DNA of 64,000 bases from an uncultured Chthonomonadaceae bacterium (lineage in GTDB: Bacteria; Armatimonadota; Chthonomonadetes; Chthonomonadales; Chthonomonadaceae): NCBI GenBank assembly GCA_963817895.1, contig CAWFQB010000005.1, positions 1-64,000 of the forward strand, read 5' to 3'. The number at the start of each line of letters is the position of its first letter. The stretch's first letter is position 1. The translations under genes and the position numbers were made by a program. The notes below the pieces were generated by a model. That model had not been told where the DNA came from. It made no database searches and saw only the letters and a list, made by a program, of their open reading frames with translations. Of this stretch, positions 20,356 to 30,332 are shown piece after piece.

Positions 20356-22071
20356 ATGCTGTTTCGTCGGCTGTGTCTGGCAATGTGGCTTGCGTTGTTG
20401 TTGCTTTGGACTGCACAAGGCAGGAGTGACATCATTACAGAAACAATGCGATCTGAGGATGGTCGTCTCAACGCGCTTATAACACTGAATGAGCCTCACA
20501 TTTCTCTAGGAGAACTGCTTGACAAACTGTCGAAGCAAACCAGCGTTACTCTGAAGACAAACCCCCGCGAACCCGCTTCCGGCAGAATGATATTCCTTTG
20601 CTGCGAGAAGAAGCCAATGGGGGATGTGATGAACGCGCTCTGGTCTCTGCTGAGTTATCAGCCCGGCGTATGGAAGTGGGAGCGTACCGGTAAACCGAGC
20701 GCATTCTGCTACGAGTTTGAACCTACGCTTGCCGCAACGAATTTGTCCCGAACCCTCAAAGATGTATCAAGCCAAGCGTTCATAGATCATGCAAAAGCTA
20801 TGCTTACCTTTGCTGTCATGTCTCCTGAAGAACGCAAGCGGAATGTTGCTAAAATTTCCGCAGCGCTGTTACAAAAAGATGACAAACTCGCTCAATCCAT
20901 GGTAGAGAAGTCAGATTTCACCTGGAACGGCTTACGTGCGTTTACGCAGGCGCTTACGCCGCGCCAGCAACAGGACGTATTGCACGGAGGTCGTGTTCCC
21001 GTTACGCTGGACAAACTTCCTGATGAGACGCGCGCCGCTTTGCATCAGGCATGGACTTCATTCAATCCCCGGCGTCAGCTTTCTGACGGCCAACTTGTTC
21101 CCTATCCTGAACCATCTACCATCTTTTTTGAAACGCAGAGTGGCTTCGCTGCTTCAAAAGACATTGTACCCATTATGTTCATTGACATGGGCGCTGCCGG
21201 CTCGATATCCATTCTGGGGTCCACTCTGCAAATGGGCTTGAGCGCTAAAATTTGGGATTTGTGGATATTGCCGGGGGATACAAAGGACAACCCCTTGGGA
21301 GAACGTATAGCTGTCGCGCCGCAACCGCCCGAAGCTCCGCTACCGACACCTCCGCAAAATGATGATGAACTTCGTGCCGCCATCAAACAGGGACGTACTT
21401 TTTCCGCTGCAACAGCCCCACCTGTGCTTCAGGCGCGAATGCGGCAACTATCCAATTCCATACCTGTGATGACCCTCGGATTGCTGCCTGATCCGCAGTA
21501 CCAGTCATATGACCCCGGGGTACCCTATGGGCGTTCGGCGCAGGCATTTTTGCAGCGCGTTATGGTAGGGAGGTCAAAGCTGATGACCAAATGGCGCAGT
21601 GACGCGCTGCTGGTCAGCGACCCGACGTGGTTTCTCTACGAAGACGACAGCGTTCCCTATGCCCTCACGCAGCAGCTACAGCGCGCCGCAAAGAATGGCT
21701 TCGCGCCGTTTTCGGTTCTGGCCGAAATCGCCGCTAAAGTGACGGCAGACCAGTGGCGTGACCTATGCCACTGCGAACCGCTTCAGCGCATGGAAGCCGC
21801 TTACCCACTCCTGCAATTCTGCCGTCAATACCCTTTGATGCTGACATCCGGCGGGATGAGCGTGAGCGACGAAGTTATACAGGCAATGCGCCATGTGCCG
21901 CCCCTCAGCCAATTTCCTATGCTTTCTGACGGCAAAACACGCGCCCTGCGGGTTCTGCCGGTCACGCGGAAGAGCGAGAAAACTATCATGTATGAAATGC
22001 AGGTGCAGTACCAGAACGCGCAGCGCGAATGGCATCCACTTGTAGGCTTCACACAGGTTAAATCTCAATAA
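20356..22071 (+). CDS. Large secreted hypothetical protein with STN/secretin-N-like start
   Basis: Signal peptide, then ITLNEPHISLGELLDKLSKQTSVTL pattern; uninterrupted ORF. Confidence 0.7.
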   Translation: MLFRRLCLAMWLALLLLWTAQGRSDIITETMRSEDGRLNALITLNEPHISLGELLDKLSKQTSVTLKTNPREPASGRMIFLCCEKKPMGDVMNALWSLLSYQPGVWKWERTGKPSAFCYEFEPTLAATNLSRTLKDVSSQAFIDHAKAMLTFAVMSPEERKRNVAKISAALLQKDDKLAQSMVEKSDFTWNGLRAFTQALTPRQQQDVLHGGRVPVTLDKLPDETRAALHQAWTSFNPRRQLSDGQLVPYPEPSTIFFETQSGFAASKDIVPIMFIDMGAAGSISILGSTLQMGLSAKIWDLWILPGDTKDNPLGERIAVAPQPPEAPLPTPPQNDDELRAAIKQGRTFSAATAPPVLQARMRQLSNSIPVMTLGLLPDPQYQSYDPGVPYGRSAQAFLQRVMVGRSKLMTKWRSDALLVSDPTWFLYEDDSVPYALTQQLQRAAKNGFAPFSVLAEIAAKVTADQWRDLCHCEPLQRMEAAYPLLQFCRQYPLMLTSGGMSVSDEVIQAMRHVPPLSQFPMLSDGKTRALRVLPVTRKSEKTIMYEMQVQYQNAQREWHPLVGFTQVKSQ

Positions 22072-22084
22072 CCTGACACAAATA

Positions 22085-22132
22085 GCCCTCAACCACTGGC
22101 CCCTTCTCCCAAAAAAGCCTGGGACAAGGGGA
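22085..22132 (+). repeat. BoxC/REP-like palindromic element
   Basis: CCCTCAACC..CCCCTTCTCCCA..TGGGACAAGGGG between convergent genes. Confidence 0.7.
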
Positions 22133-22149
22133 ATTTATTGGGAGCGCCT

Positions 22150-22968
22150 CTAAAGGTCTATAACCTGCCCATCGTAGGCGAGTTCGACATTGGAGGGACA
22201 TTGCGCATTGGCGGTCGCGTGGTCGAAGTGGTGGGACAGGTGGGTGAGTAGGGCGCGTTCGGGCTGGAGTTCCGCGATCACATCGAGCGCCTGATGAAAG
22301 CCGAAGTGCGTGGAGTGGGGTTCGTAGCGGACGGCATCCAGAATCAGCAAATCCAGTCCGCGCAGTTTCGTCATGGAATCGGGTGGGATAAAGTTGACAT
22401 CGGTGCAGTATGCGAAACTGCGGGCCGGACTGTCTTTCGTTTCCGGCTGATCGAAGCGGTACGACAGCACGGGCAGGTTGCCGTGCATCACGTAAAACGA
22501 GTGAATGTTCAGCCCAAAGAGGGTGAATTCCGCAGCCACTTCATGCAGCGACAGGCGCGGCTTGCCCCCGCCCAACTGTCCCGTATCGCGGAAGATGTAG
22601 GGATAAATGCGGCGTATCTCGTCCAGCGTCGCCGCGTCGCCAAAAACAGGAATCTGCATGTCGTACAGATCGTTGAACCGGCGCATGTCGTCCAGTCCCA
22701 TGACGTGATCGGCATGGGTATGCGTGAACAGCACCGCATCCACTCTGCGCAGCCCGAACGTCAGGGCTTGCAGGCGCAATTCCGGCGTTGCGTCCACAAG
22801 AATGTTATGTTCGCTGCCCTTTCCGTCCGCATCACGCATCGCCGCCGTGACCACAATGGAAGACCGGAAACGCCTGTTCTTCGGGTCGGGAGACTGGCAC
22901 ACCGCGCAATCACACCCGATCATCGGAACGCCATGCGACGTGCCGCTGCCTAAAACCGTTACTTTCAA
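22150..22968 (-). CDS. PhnP-like metallo-beta-lactamase-fold hydrolase
   Basis: LGSGTSHGVPMIGCDCAVC, THTHADH and LTHLSH motifs. Confidence 0.92.
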   Translation of the reverse strand: MKVTVLGSGTSHGVPMIGCDCAVCQSPDPKNRRFRSSIVVTAAMRDADGKGSEHNILVDATPELRLQALTFGLRRVDAVLFTHTHADHVMGLDDMRRFNDLYDMQIPVFGDAATLDEIRRIYPYIFRDTGQLGGGKPRLSLHEVAAEFTLFGLNIHSFYVMHGNLPVLSYRFDQPETKDSPARSFAYCTDVNFIPPDSMTKLRGLDLLILDAVRYEPHSTHFGFHQALDVIAELQPERALLTHLSHHFDHATANAQCPSNVELAYDGQVIDL

Positions 22969-24036
22969 ATGGTAATCACCCGTCCTGTTGTCGCCGATTC
23001 ATACGCCGCTTCCACCACTTCAACCACATGCGCCCCGTGTTCGCCGGGCGAAAATAGCTTGCTCCGCCCCTGTATGGCATCCACAAAATTCGTGATCGGG
23101 CCGGGGACGGGCAGCAGGTCGGCCTCCTTGAAGCGGCGATGCTCTTCGCCGTGAAAGTTCACATCCGTCTCGAACTCGAAGCCGCTGACCGTGATGGTTC
23201 CTCCGGTCGCGCCGTAAATGTTGCGCACCCGGCGCGTGGAAACTCTGCTGTTGCCGATGCTCGTAATGGAAGCCGTCGCGCCGTTTTCCATTTCCAGACT
23301 CAGCGATACGCGCAAATCCGTCGGGGTCGCGTCCATCAGGGCGGACACGCGGCGGGCGCGCAATCCCGTCACCCACAACAATTGCGACACAAGATGCGAA
23401 CCCCCGTCCTGAAAATAGCCGCCGCCGTTGAGTTCCGGGTCGGCGCGAAACAGGGTGGGCGGCACGACTCCCACGCCGCTCGTCGGCATGGGCGCGCGTC
23501 CGAACACGAATTCGGCGTTGCCCGTCCAGTAGATCGCAGCGGCTTCCAGTTCGCCCATTTTGGGGTCTTTGAGGGCGCGGCGTATCTGATGGCAGTGCGC
23601 CCAGAACGGCGGATTGAGCGCGACACCCAATTTGCAGATTCCGCTCATTCGCAAGCGCGACAAGTTTATGCGCGTCCTCTGCCTTGACCGTCATCGGTTT
23701 TTCCAGCAGAACGTGCAGGCCCGTTTCCAGCGCGGCCTTCGCCATTTCATAATGCAGGGAATTGGGCGTGGCGATCAGAACGGCATCGAGTTCCGCTTTG
23801 GCAAGCATCTCCTGCCAGTCCCCATACGCCTGTTCGGTCGGTACGCCAAAGTGCGCCGCCATTGTGGTTCGCGCGTCCATGTCCCGGCGGCACAGCGCGG
23901 CCACCTGTATATGCGGATTGTTGACGGCTTCGGGCAGGTGACGCCGCGAAACAAACGATCCCGCTCCCAACACCCCAAGACGAACCCGCTCCGGCGTGGC
24001 TGTTCCCGGCTGCGTCATTGCTGCTGTATCCGTCAT
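22965..24036 (-). CDS. Gfo/Idh/MocA oxidoreductase (one frameshift)
   Basis: LGVLGAGS, HVLLEKPM and GGGYFQDGGSH motifs. Confidence 0.88.
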
Positions 24037-24101
24037 CGCATGTCTCCCATTGCCTGCGCGCTATTATAAGCCTTTCCGAACTCCGAACACCAAATACCGT
24101 C

Positions 24102-24761
24102 CTAAAGGGCATTCAAAATTGCCACGCTCGCGCTCGTTCCCAATCGGTTCGCGCCCGCTTCCAGCATGGCTAAGGCGGTCGGCAGATCGCGAATGCCGCC
24201 CGCCGCTTTCACGCCGCAGCGCGTGCCAACTATGGAGCGCAGCAGGCGAACATCTTCCAGCGTCGCGCCGGATGAGGCGAATCCCGTAGACGTTTTCACA
24301 AACTCCGCTCCGCTTGCCGCCACCATCTCCGTGACGCGCCGCTTCTCCTCATCCGTCAGCAGGGCGCACTCGATAATTACCTTTATACTTGCGCCCGCTT
24401 CCCGCGTTACCTTCACCACGCTCTGAATATCGTTCTCCACCGCCTGCCACATCTGCGATTTTACCGCGCCGATGTTGATTACCATGTCCAGCTCGTTCGC
24501 GCCCTGCCGGATCGCCTCCTCCGCCTCAAATACTTTCGTCGCCGTCGCGTTCGCGCCCTGTGGAAAGCCGATAACCGTACAAACCAGAACGCCCGTATCC
24601 TCCAGTTCCGCCGCGCACAACCCCACCCAGCACGGCTGTACGCACACGGACGCGAATTTATACTCCCTCGCCTCCGCGCACAACTGTTGTATCGCCGCAA
24701 GGGGCGCGTCCGGCTTTAACACAGTATGGTCAATCGCGCGGGCAAGTTCCTGAACGTTCAT
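24102..24761 (-). CDS. deoC: Deoxyribose-phosphate aldolase
   Basis: IDHTVLKP, VIGFPQG, FVKTSTGF, VKAAGGIR and RLGTS motifs. Confidence 0.97.
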   Translation of the reverse strand: MNVQELARAIDHTVLKPDAPLAAIQQLCAEAREYKFASVCVQPCWVGLCAAELEDTGVLVCTVIGFPQGANATATKVFEAEEAIRQGANELDMVINIGAVKSQMWQAVENDIQSVVKVTREAGASIKVIIECALLTDEEKRRVTEMVAASGAEFVKTSTGFASSGATLEDVRLLRSIVGTRCGVKAAGGIRDLPTALAMLEAGANRLGTSASVAILNAL

Positions 24762-24774
24762 AGTGCACTCCGAA

Positions 24775-25575
24775 TTAGAGTTTGGTTGCTTGTTTTAATG
24801 CGCTGACGTACTTGCGTATTTGCGGAATCAGGTCGGGCGTGTCGCGCTGCGTATGAATCAGGTCTACGAGGGAACTGCCGACAACTACGCCGTCCGCAAT
24901 CGCGCTAATGGCTCGGACGTGTTCGGGCTGTGAAATGCCGAAGCCGACGCATACGGGAAGCGGGGATGCGGACTTGATACGCGCTACCACATCCTTTAAT
25001 TCAGTGGGTACATCCTGCCGCGCGCCCGTGACACCCGTTCGGGATACGCAGTACAGAAACCCGGACGACAACTGCGCCACCGTTGCGATACGGGCCGGGG
25101 TGCTTGTCGGGGCCAGCAGAAAAACCGTGTCCAGATCGTTCGCCTGCGAAATGCGCTTCCAGTCGCCCGCCTCTTCCGGCGTCAGGTCGGTGACAATGTG
25201 CGCGTCCGCGCCCGCGTTTCTGGCATCCCGCGCATACGCTTCCAGCCCGTAGCGAAGCAGGGGATTGTAATAGGTCATTAAAATCAGGGGCAAATCGGGC
25301 GCGGACTGCCGCACCTGTCGTACCACGTCCAGCGTTTTGCGCGTGGTCATGCCGCCATCCAAGGCCCGCTGCGAGGACGCCTGTATGCTCGGCCCGTCCG
25401 CCAGCGGGTCGCTGAACGCGATGCCGATTTCTACCGCGTCCGCGCCCGCCTCGCCCAGCGCGACAACGATCTCCGCCGTCTGCTCAAACGACGGATCGCC
25501 CGCCGTCACAAAACACACCAGCGCCTTTTCGCCCCGCGCTTTCAATTGCTCAAACCGTTTCGAAAGCCGTGTCAA
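24775..25575 (-). CDS. trpA: Tryptophan synthase alpha chain
   Basis: FVTAGDP, FSDPLADGPSIQ, SRTGVTG and GFGIS motifs; TTG start after GGAG. Confidence 0.97.
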   Translation of the reverse strand: MTRLSKRFEQLKARGEKALVCFVTAGDPSFEQTAEIVVALGEAGADAVEIGIAFSDPLADGPSIQASSQRALDGGMTTRKTLDVVRQVRQSAPDLPLILMTYYNPLLRYGLEAYARDARNAGADAHIVTDLTPEEAGDWKRISQANDLDTVFLLAPTSTPARIATVAQLSSGFLYCVSRTGVTGARQDVPTELKDVVARIKSASPLPVCVGFGISQPEHVRAISAIADGVVVGSSLVDLIHTQRDTPDLIPQIRKYVSALKQATKL

Positions 25576-25592
25576 CACAGACTCCAATCCAT

Positions 25593-25738
25593 TAGACAGG
25601 ATTAACAGGATTTTCAGGATTAACAAGATTATGCTGAAGGAGAGTGTATTTCGCTTCCGGCAAGTTCACGCACAGGACGCGACAGTTATTTCCCTGTCCC
25701 TCCAAAGTAATCCTGAAAATCCTGTTAATCCTGTCTAT
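25593..25738. repeat. 30-bp inverted repeat of 9-nt CAGGATT-type units between trpB and trpA
   Basis: TAGACAGGATTAACAGGATTTTCAGGATTA and its reverse complement TAATCCTGAAAATCCTGTTAATCCTGTCTA. Confidence 0.92.
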
Positions 25739-25746
25739 TTCTCCTC

Positions 25747-27060
25747 TTATGCCAGTTCCAGTTCTTTTATGACCGTATTCATGTCCTTGTCGCCCCGCCC
25801 GGAACAGTTGACAATTACAACGGTTTCGGGCGTAAGCAGGTTTTGGGCTTTCATCTTTTCCAGATACGCGAAGGCGTGGGCGGTTTCCAGAGCGGTAATA
25901 ATCCCCTCATTGCGGGCCAGCCATTGCAGGGCGTTCAGGGCGTCGCTGTCGGTCACGGCTACGTACTGCGCCCGCTGCGTGTCCTTCAGGTAGCTGTGTT
26001 CCGGGCCAACGCCGGGGTAGTCGAGTCCGGCGGAAATGGAGTGCGAGGGCGCGACTTGCCCGTCCTCATCCTGTATCAGATAACTGGCCGAACCCTGAAA
26101 CACGCCCGGAGTTCCCGCCGTCAGAGGGGCGCAATGCCTCCCCGTTTCAATGCCATGCCCCGCCGCCTCAATACCAATTAGTTTGACACCCGCATCCTGT
26201 ACAAACGGGTAGAAAATGCCCATTGCGTTCGAGCCGCCGCCCACACAGGCCAGAACGTAATCCGGCAGGCGGCCCTCTCGCTGTAAAATCTGTTGCCGCG
26301 CTTCCCGACCGATGACGGACTGAAAATCGCGCACGAGCATGGGATACGGATGTGGGCCGACAACCGAGCCGATGATGTAGTGCGTGTTGCGGACGTGCGT
26401 AACCCAGTCGCGCATCGCCTCATTGGTAGCGTCTTTCAGCGTCTTGGTGCCGCTTGTAACCGTGACCACCCGCGCGCCCATCAGCTTCATGCGGCTTACG
26501 TTGAGCGACTGCCGATGCACGTCCTCTTCGCCCATGTACACGTCGCATTGCAGCCCGAACCGGGCGCACACGGTTGCCGTCGCCACGCCATGCTGCCCCG
26601 CCCCTGTTTCCGCAATGATGCGCGGCTTGCCCATGCGCCGCGCCAGCAGAATCTGCCCCATCGTATTATTGATTTTGTGCGCCCCCGTATGGCACAAATC
26701 TTCGCGCTTTACGTATATTTTGGCGTTGTAAAGCTGCGACAGCCGCTCGGCGTAGTACAGGGGCGTGGCGCGTCCGACAAAATCGCGCAAATACCCGTCC
26801 AGTTCCCGCTGAAATTCGGGATCGGCTTTGGCTTTCTCGTATTCCGCCGCCAGTTCGTCCAGCGCGGGAATCAGGGTTTCCGGCACAAAGCGCCCGCCAT
26901 GCGCCCCGAACCGCCCGTTCGCGTCGGGAACAAGCGCGGATAAACCCTCCGATAGGGGCAAGGAAGTGGCAGGCGTCGCGTTCAAAACCGATTCCAGAAT
27001 CATTTCCGCGTCCGTTGCGGCAGTATGGGGAACGCCGGGCAGCGTATAAGTGTCAGGCAT
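25747..27060 (-). CDS. trpB: Tryptophan synthase beta chain
   Basis: [47 protein letters not shown] and SGRGDKD motifs. Confidence 0.98.
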   Translation of the reverse strand: MPDTYTLPGVPHTAATDAEMILESVLNATPATSLPLSEGLSALVPDANGRFGAHGGRFVPETLIPALDELAAEYEKAKADPEFQRELDGYLRDFVGRATPLYYAERLSQLYNAKIYVKREDLCHTGAHKINNTMGQILLARRMGKPRIIAETGAGQHGVATATVCARFGLQCDVYMGEEDVHRQSLNVSRMKLMGARVVTVTSGTKTLKDATNEAMRDWVTHVRNTHYIIGSVVGPHPYPMLVRDFQSVIGREARQQILQREGRLPDYVLACVGGGSNAMGIFYPFVQDAGVKLIGIEAAGHGIETGRHCAPLTAGTPGVFQGSASYLIQDEDGQVAPSHSISAGLDYPGVGPEHSYLKDTQRAQYVAVTDSDALNALQWLARNEGIITALETAHAFAYLEKMKAQNLLTPETVVIVNCSGRGDKDMNTVIKELELA

Positions 27061-27155
27061 AATAGATAAAACTCCTGAGAGATTGCTTGTTGTGTCAACA
27101 CCTCTGCAAACGCGCCATCCCTGTAAATTGCGCAGACAGGAAAAGCTGATATACA

Positions 27156-27209
27156 ACCTCTCCCCTCTCCTGGCGCGTTGCGCGGCAAGGAGAGGGGCCG
27201 GGGGTGAGG
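27156..27209 (-). repeat. BoxC/REP-like palindromic element
   Basis: CCCCTCTCC..GGAGAGGGG-CCGGGGGTGAGG. Confidence 0.75.
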
Positions 27210-27368
27210 TAAACACTTCTCATTATACTCTCATTTGCCGCCTGTTGCCTACGCTTGATGTGGTACAATCAGAAGGCAAGTCCTGTGCTGTCAAATACAA
27301 GCGGTTACGATAATACGCTGCCTGCTGTTGCTTGCGGTTCGTTCTCGCAATGGTAAGGATGTCACATC

Positions 27369-29039
27369 GTGAGTAAAGCCGAGGTGTTAGAAAACAATTC
27401 CACAGAAAACGCCCTTGCCGCGCTGGTCCACGCGGCTGCAAACGGGCAGGGCGCGCGCCAGTCCGGAGATATAGCGAACTGGCGGGCCGTTGTCGCGCAG
27501 ATGCCGACGGCAATGCTCCTCGCGCAGGCCTCTTCAGGTAAAATCTTTTTTTATAATGAAATTGCCGCGCGCCTGCTGCGCCTGAGCGGCGGGGACGGAC
27601 ACGACGCGGACAGCGGCGGGGACGGACACGACGCGGACAGCGGCGGGGACCTGAAGATGCCGGATATTTATGCGCGTTTTTTCTACCCCAACGGGCTGCC
27701 CTGCCGCCCGGAAGAACATCCCCTCCTCCTTGCCGGACGGCGTGGAATCGTCACGAACTGCGAGGAGATGTTGTACAGGGACAGGCGCGGCGTGATTACA
27801 TTCCTGGCCGTGAGCGCGGCCCCGCTGCGCAACTCGCAGGGGCAAACCATTGCGGTCATCGCTACCTTCGACAACATTTCGGCCCGCAAGCAGGCTGAGC
27901 AGGACCTCCACCGCCGCTATGAGGAGGCTCTGGACAATCTCGAAGCCCTTCAGGTGGCGCAGGAAGACCTGCTTATCATGCGGACGCAGTTGGAACTGGA
28001 GCGGCTGCGTTACCGGGAACTGTTTCAGTTCGCGACGGATGGCTATCTTGTGACGGATATGCGCGGCGTGATTCTGGAAGCCAATCTCGAAGCCTGCGCC
28101 AAACTGAACATTACGCCGGACTATGTGAAAGGCAAAATTTTCGCCAACTACATCAGCCCCGAAGACCGCGTGGAGTTTCGCGGTTTGCTGAACCGGATGG
28201 AACACGAGCGCGGGCGCGTGGATTGGGAGGGGCATCTGACGCCCCGCAACGACGGCCTGCGCGACGCGCAATTCACCGTTGCCGCTATGCGCGATCCCGA
28301 TACGGATGAGCCGCAGGTCCTGCGGTGGCTGCTGCGCGACATTACCGCGCGCCGCAATCTGGAACGGGCGCGGCTTGCGGATCAGCAGCGCCTGTTGGGG
28401 CAGGAGCATCGCGCGGGCGTGATGGAAGAGCGCACCCGCATCGCGCAGGAGTTCCACGATACGCTGGCGCAGGGCTTCACGGGCATCGCGTTTCTGCTGG
28501 CCGCCGCTGAAAACGCCCTTCCCATTTCGCCGGAAGAGGCTGGCGTGAAAATATCCCGGGCCAGACAGGTGGCGACTCAGAGCATTGTGGAAGCGCGGCA
28601 GGCCATTCGCGCCATGCGCTCGGAGAATCTGGACGCCGACAACCTGCCTGCTGCGTTTGCTGTCCTGATCGAGCAGATCGCCACGCAAACCGGCGTCCAT
28701 GTCCATCTGGAAATTACGGGACAGGCGCGGCTTCTGCCCGCGCCGGCAGCCAACGACCTGCTGCGCATCGGGCAGGAAGCCATCACCAACGCGATCAAAC
28801 ACGCCCGCGCCGGCGAAATACGCCTGTGCCTGCAATACGAGCCGGAACAGGCGCTGCTGCGCATTACCGATGACGGGCAGGGGTTTTCCCTCGACAAGCC
28901 GCGCCCGGAGGGGGGCTTCGGCCTGACAGGGATGCGTGAACGCGCCCAGCGCATCGGAGGGCATCTGGAAATTACCGCTGAAAAAGGCAAGGGCACAACG
29001 ATAGCCATCACCGTGCCGTTAAGCCATCAGAACAGTTAA
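27369..29039 (+). CDS. Cytoplasmic PAS-PAS sensor histidine kinase (HisKA_3/NarX type)
   Basis: EERTRIAQEFHDTLAQ, QEAITNAIKHA, DDGQGF and GFGLTGMRERA motifs. Confidence 0.93.
   Translation: MSKAEVLENNSTENALAALVHAAANGQGARQSGDIANWRAVVAQMPTAMLLAQASSGKIFFYNEIAARLLRLSGGDGHDADSGGDGHDADSGGDLKMPDIYARFFYPNGLPCRPEEHPLLLAGRRGIVTNCEEMLYRDRRGVITFLAVSAAPLRNSQGQTIAVIATFDNISARKQAEQDLHRRYEEALDNLEALQVAQEDLLIMRTQLELERLRYRELFQFATDGYLVTDMRGVILEANLEACAKLNITPDYVKGKIFANYISPEDRVEFRGLLNRMEHERGRVDWEGHLTPRNDGLRDAQFTVAAMRDPDTDEPQVLRWLLRDITARRNLERARLADQQRLLGQEHRAGVMEERTRIAQEFHDTLAQGFTGIAFLLAAAENALPISPEEAGVKISRARQVATQSIVEARQAIRAMRSENLDADNLPAAFAVLIEQIATQTGVHVHLEITGQARLLPAPAANDLLRIGQEAITNAIKHARAGEIRLCLQYEPEQALLRITDDGQGFSLDKPRPEGGFGLTGMRERAQRIGGHLEITAEKGKGTTIAITVPLSHQNS
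27585..27650 (+). repeat. In-frame 27-bp tandem repeat (SGGDGHDAD, about 2.4 copies)
   Basis: AGCGGCGGGGACGGACACGACGCGGAC repeated exactly. Confidence 0.95.
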
Positions 29040-29055
29040 CCCTTACCAACAAGTT

Positions 29056-29101
29056 CCCCTTCTCTCAGGCTTTTTGGGAGAAGGGGTTAGGGGTTGAGGG
29101 C
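29056..29101 (-). repeat. BoxC/REP-like palindromic element
   Basis: CCCCTTCTCTCA..TGGGAGAAGGGG-TTAGGGGTTGAGGG. Confidence 0.75.
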
Positions 29102-29118
29102 ATTCAGAGAGGAAGTTT

Positions 29119-30261
29119 ATGCCGGGACACGACATCATTGTAATTGGGGCTTCCGCGGGGGGCGTGGAAGCGCTGAAACATCTGGTCAGCAAATTTCCCC
29201 CCGATCTGAACGCCGCCGTGTTTGTCGTGGTGCATATTCCCGCCAACAGCATCAGCGTCCTGTCCGACCTGCTCAATCGGTGGGGGCCGCTGACCGCCAC
29301 GCCCGCGCAGGACCGGCAGGCCATTGCGCCGGGTCATATCTACGTCGCGCCGCCTGATCTGCATCTGCTGCTGGAACCGGGGCAAATGCGCCTGCTGCGC
29401 GGGCCGCGCGAAAACCATACGCGCCCCGCTATTGATCCCCTGTTTCGCACAGCCGCCCGCGCGTATGGCAGCCGCGTGGTGGCCGTCGTGCTGTCGGGCA
29501 TGCTCAACGACGGCACGGCGGGGCTGATCGAAGTGAAGCGCTGCGGCGGAATTGCCATCGCGCAATCGCCCGATGATGCCCTGTTCGGCGATATGCCCCG
29601 CAGCGCGATTCAGAATGTCGCGGTGGATTACGTGCAGCCCATCGCTCAGATCGCTTCCACGCTGGCGCAGTTAAGCCTCACAGCGCCCATTCCTGACCAG
29701 AGCCATTCGGCAGATAAGCAGAAAGATGTGATTCCCATGTCTGATTCCATGCCCGATGCAGGCAGCGGCGTGTCTGCCAAAGCCCCGCAAAACATTCTAT
29801 ACTCGGACGCGGAGGATTCGCACGAAATGGATGAGATACATGCCAATGCCGTCGTGGATCGGACTACCGATGCGCAAATTGGCGGCGAACGCAACGAAAC
29901 GCCGAGCATCTACTCCTGTCCCGACTGCGGCGGCGTCCTGTGGCAGATGAGTGACGACGGCTTCATGCGGTTCCGCTGTCACGTCGGCCATGCGTTCAGC
30001 GCGGAATCCCTGCTGCATCAGCAGTCCGAGGCGCTGGAAGAATCCATGTGGTACGCCGTTCGCACCCTGATTGACAAGTCCAAACTGTCCCGGCAAATGG
30101 CTGAAAACGCGAAGGGGCGCGGGCATACGCAGGCCGCCACGCATTTCGAGGAGCAGGCGCGCGTGTCCGCCCAACACGCGGGCGTAATTCGCGACCTGAT
30201 CGAAAGCGGCGCCACCAGCAAGAATCTGGAACCGTCCGCCGTGCCGGTTCCCATGCAGTAA
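29119..30261 (+). CDS. cheB: CheB-type methylesterase without receiver, with C-terminal Cys/His domain
   Basis: GASAGG, VVVH and SGMLNDGTAG catalytic motifs; CPDCGG..CHVGH. Confidence 0.9.
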   Translation: MPGHDIIVIGASAGGVEALKHLVSKFPPDLNAAVFVVVHIPANSISVLSDLLNRWGPLTATPAQDRQAIAPGHIYVAPPDLHLLLEPGQMRLLRGPRENHTRPAIDPLFRTAARAYGSRVVAVVLSGMLNDGTAGLIEVKRCGGIAIAQSPDDALFGDMPRSAIQNVAVDYVQPIAQIASTLAQLSLTAPIPDQSHSADKQKDVIPMSDSMPDAGSGVSAKAPQNILYSDAEDSHEMDEIHANAVVDRTTDAQIGGERNETPSIYSCPDCGGVLWQMSDDGFMRFRCHVGHAFSAESLLHQQSEALEESMWYAVRTLIDKSKLSRQMAENAKGRGHTQAATHFEEQARVSAQHAGVIRDLIESGATSKNLEPSAVPVPMQ

Positions 30262-30264
30262 AAA

Positions 30265-30331
30265 GTGAGAGTGGATAGTGAGAGTGAGAGGCAATAGGTT
30301 TTTCTCTCACTCTCACTCTCCACGTTCACTC
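30265..30331. repeat. GAGAGT/ACTCTC tandem-repeat hairpin
   Basis: GTGAGAGTGGATAGTGAGAGTGAGAG..CTCTCACTCTCACTCTCCAC between cheB and cheR. Confidence 0.85.
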
Positions 30332-30332
30332 T

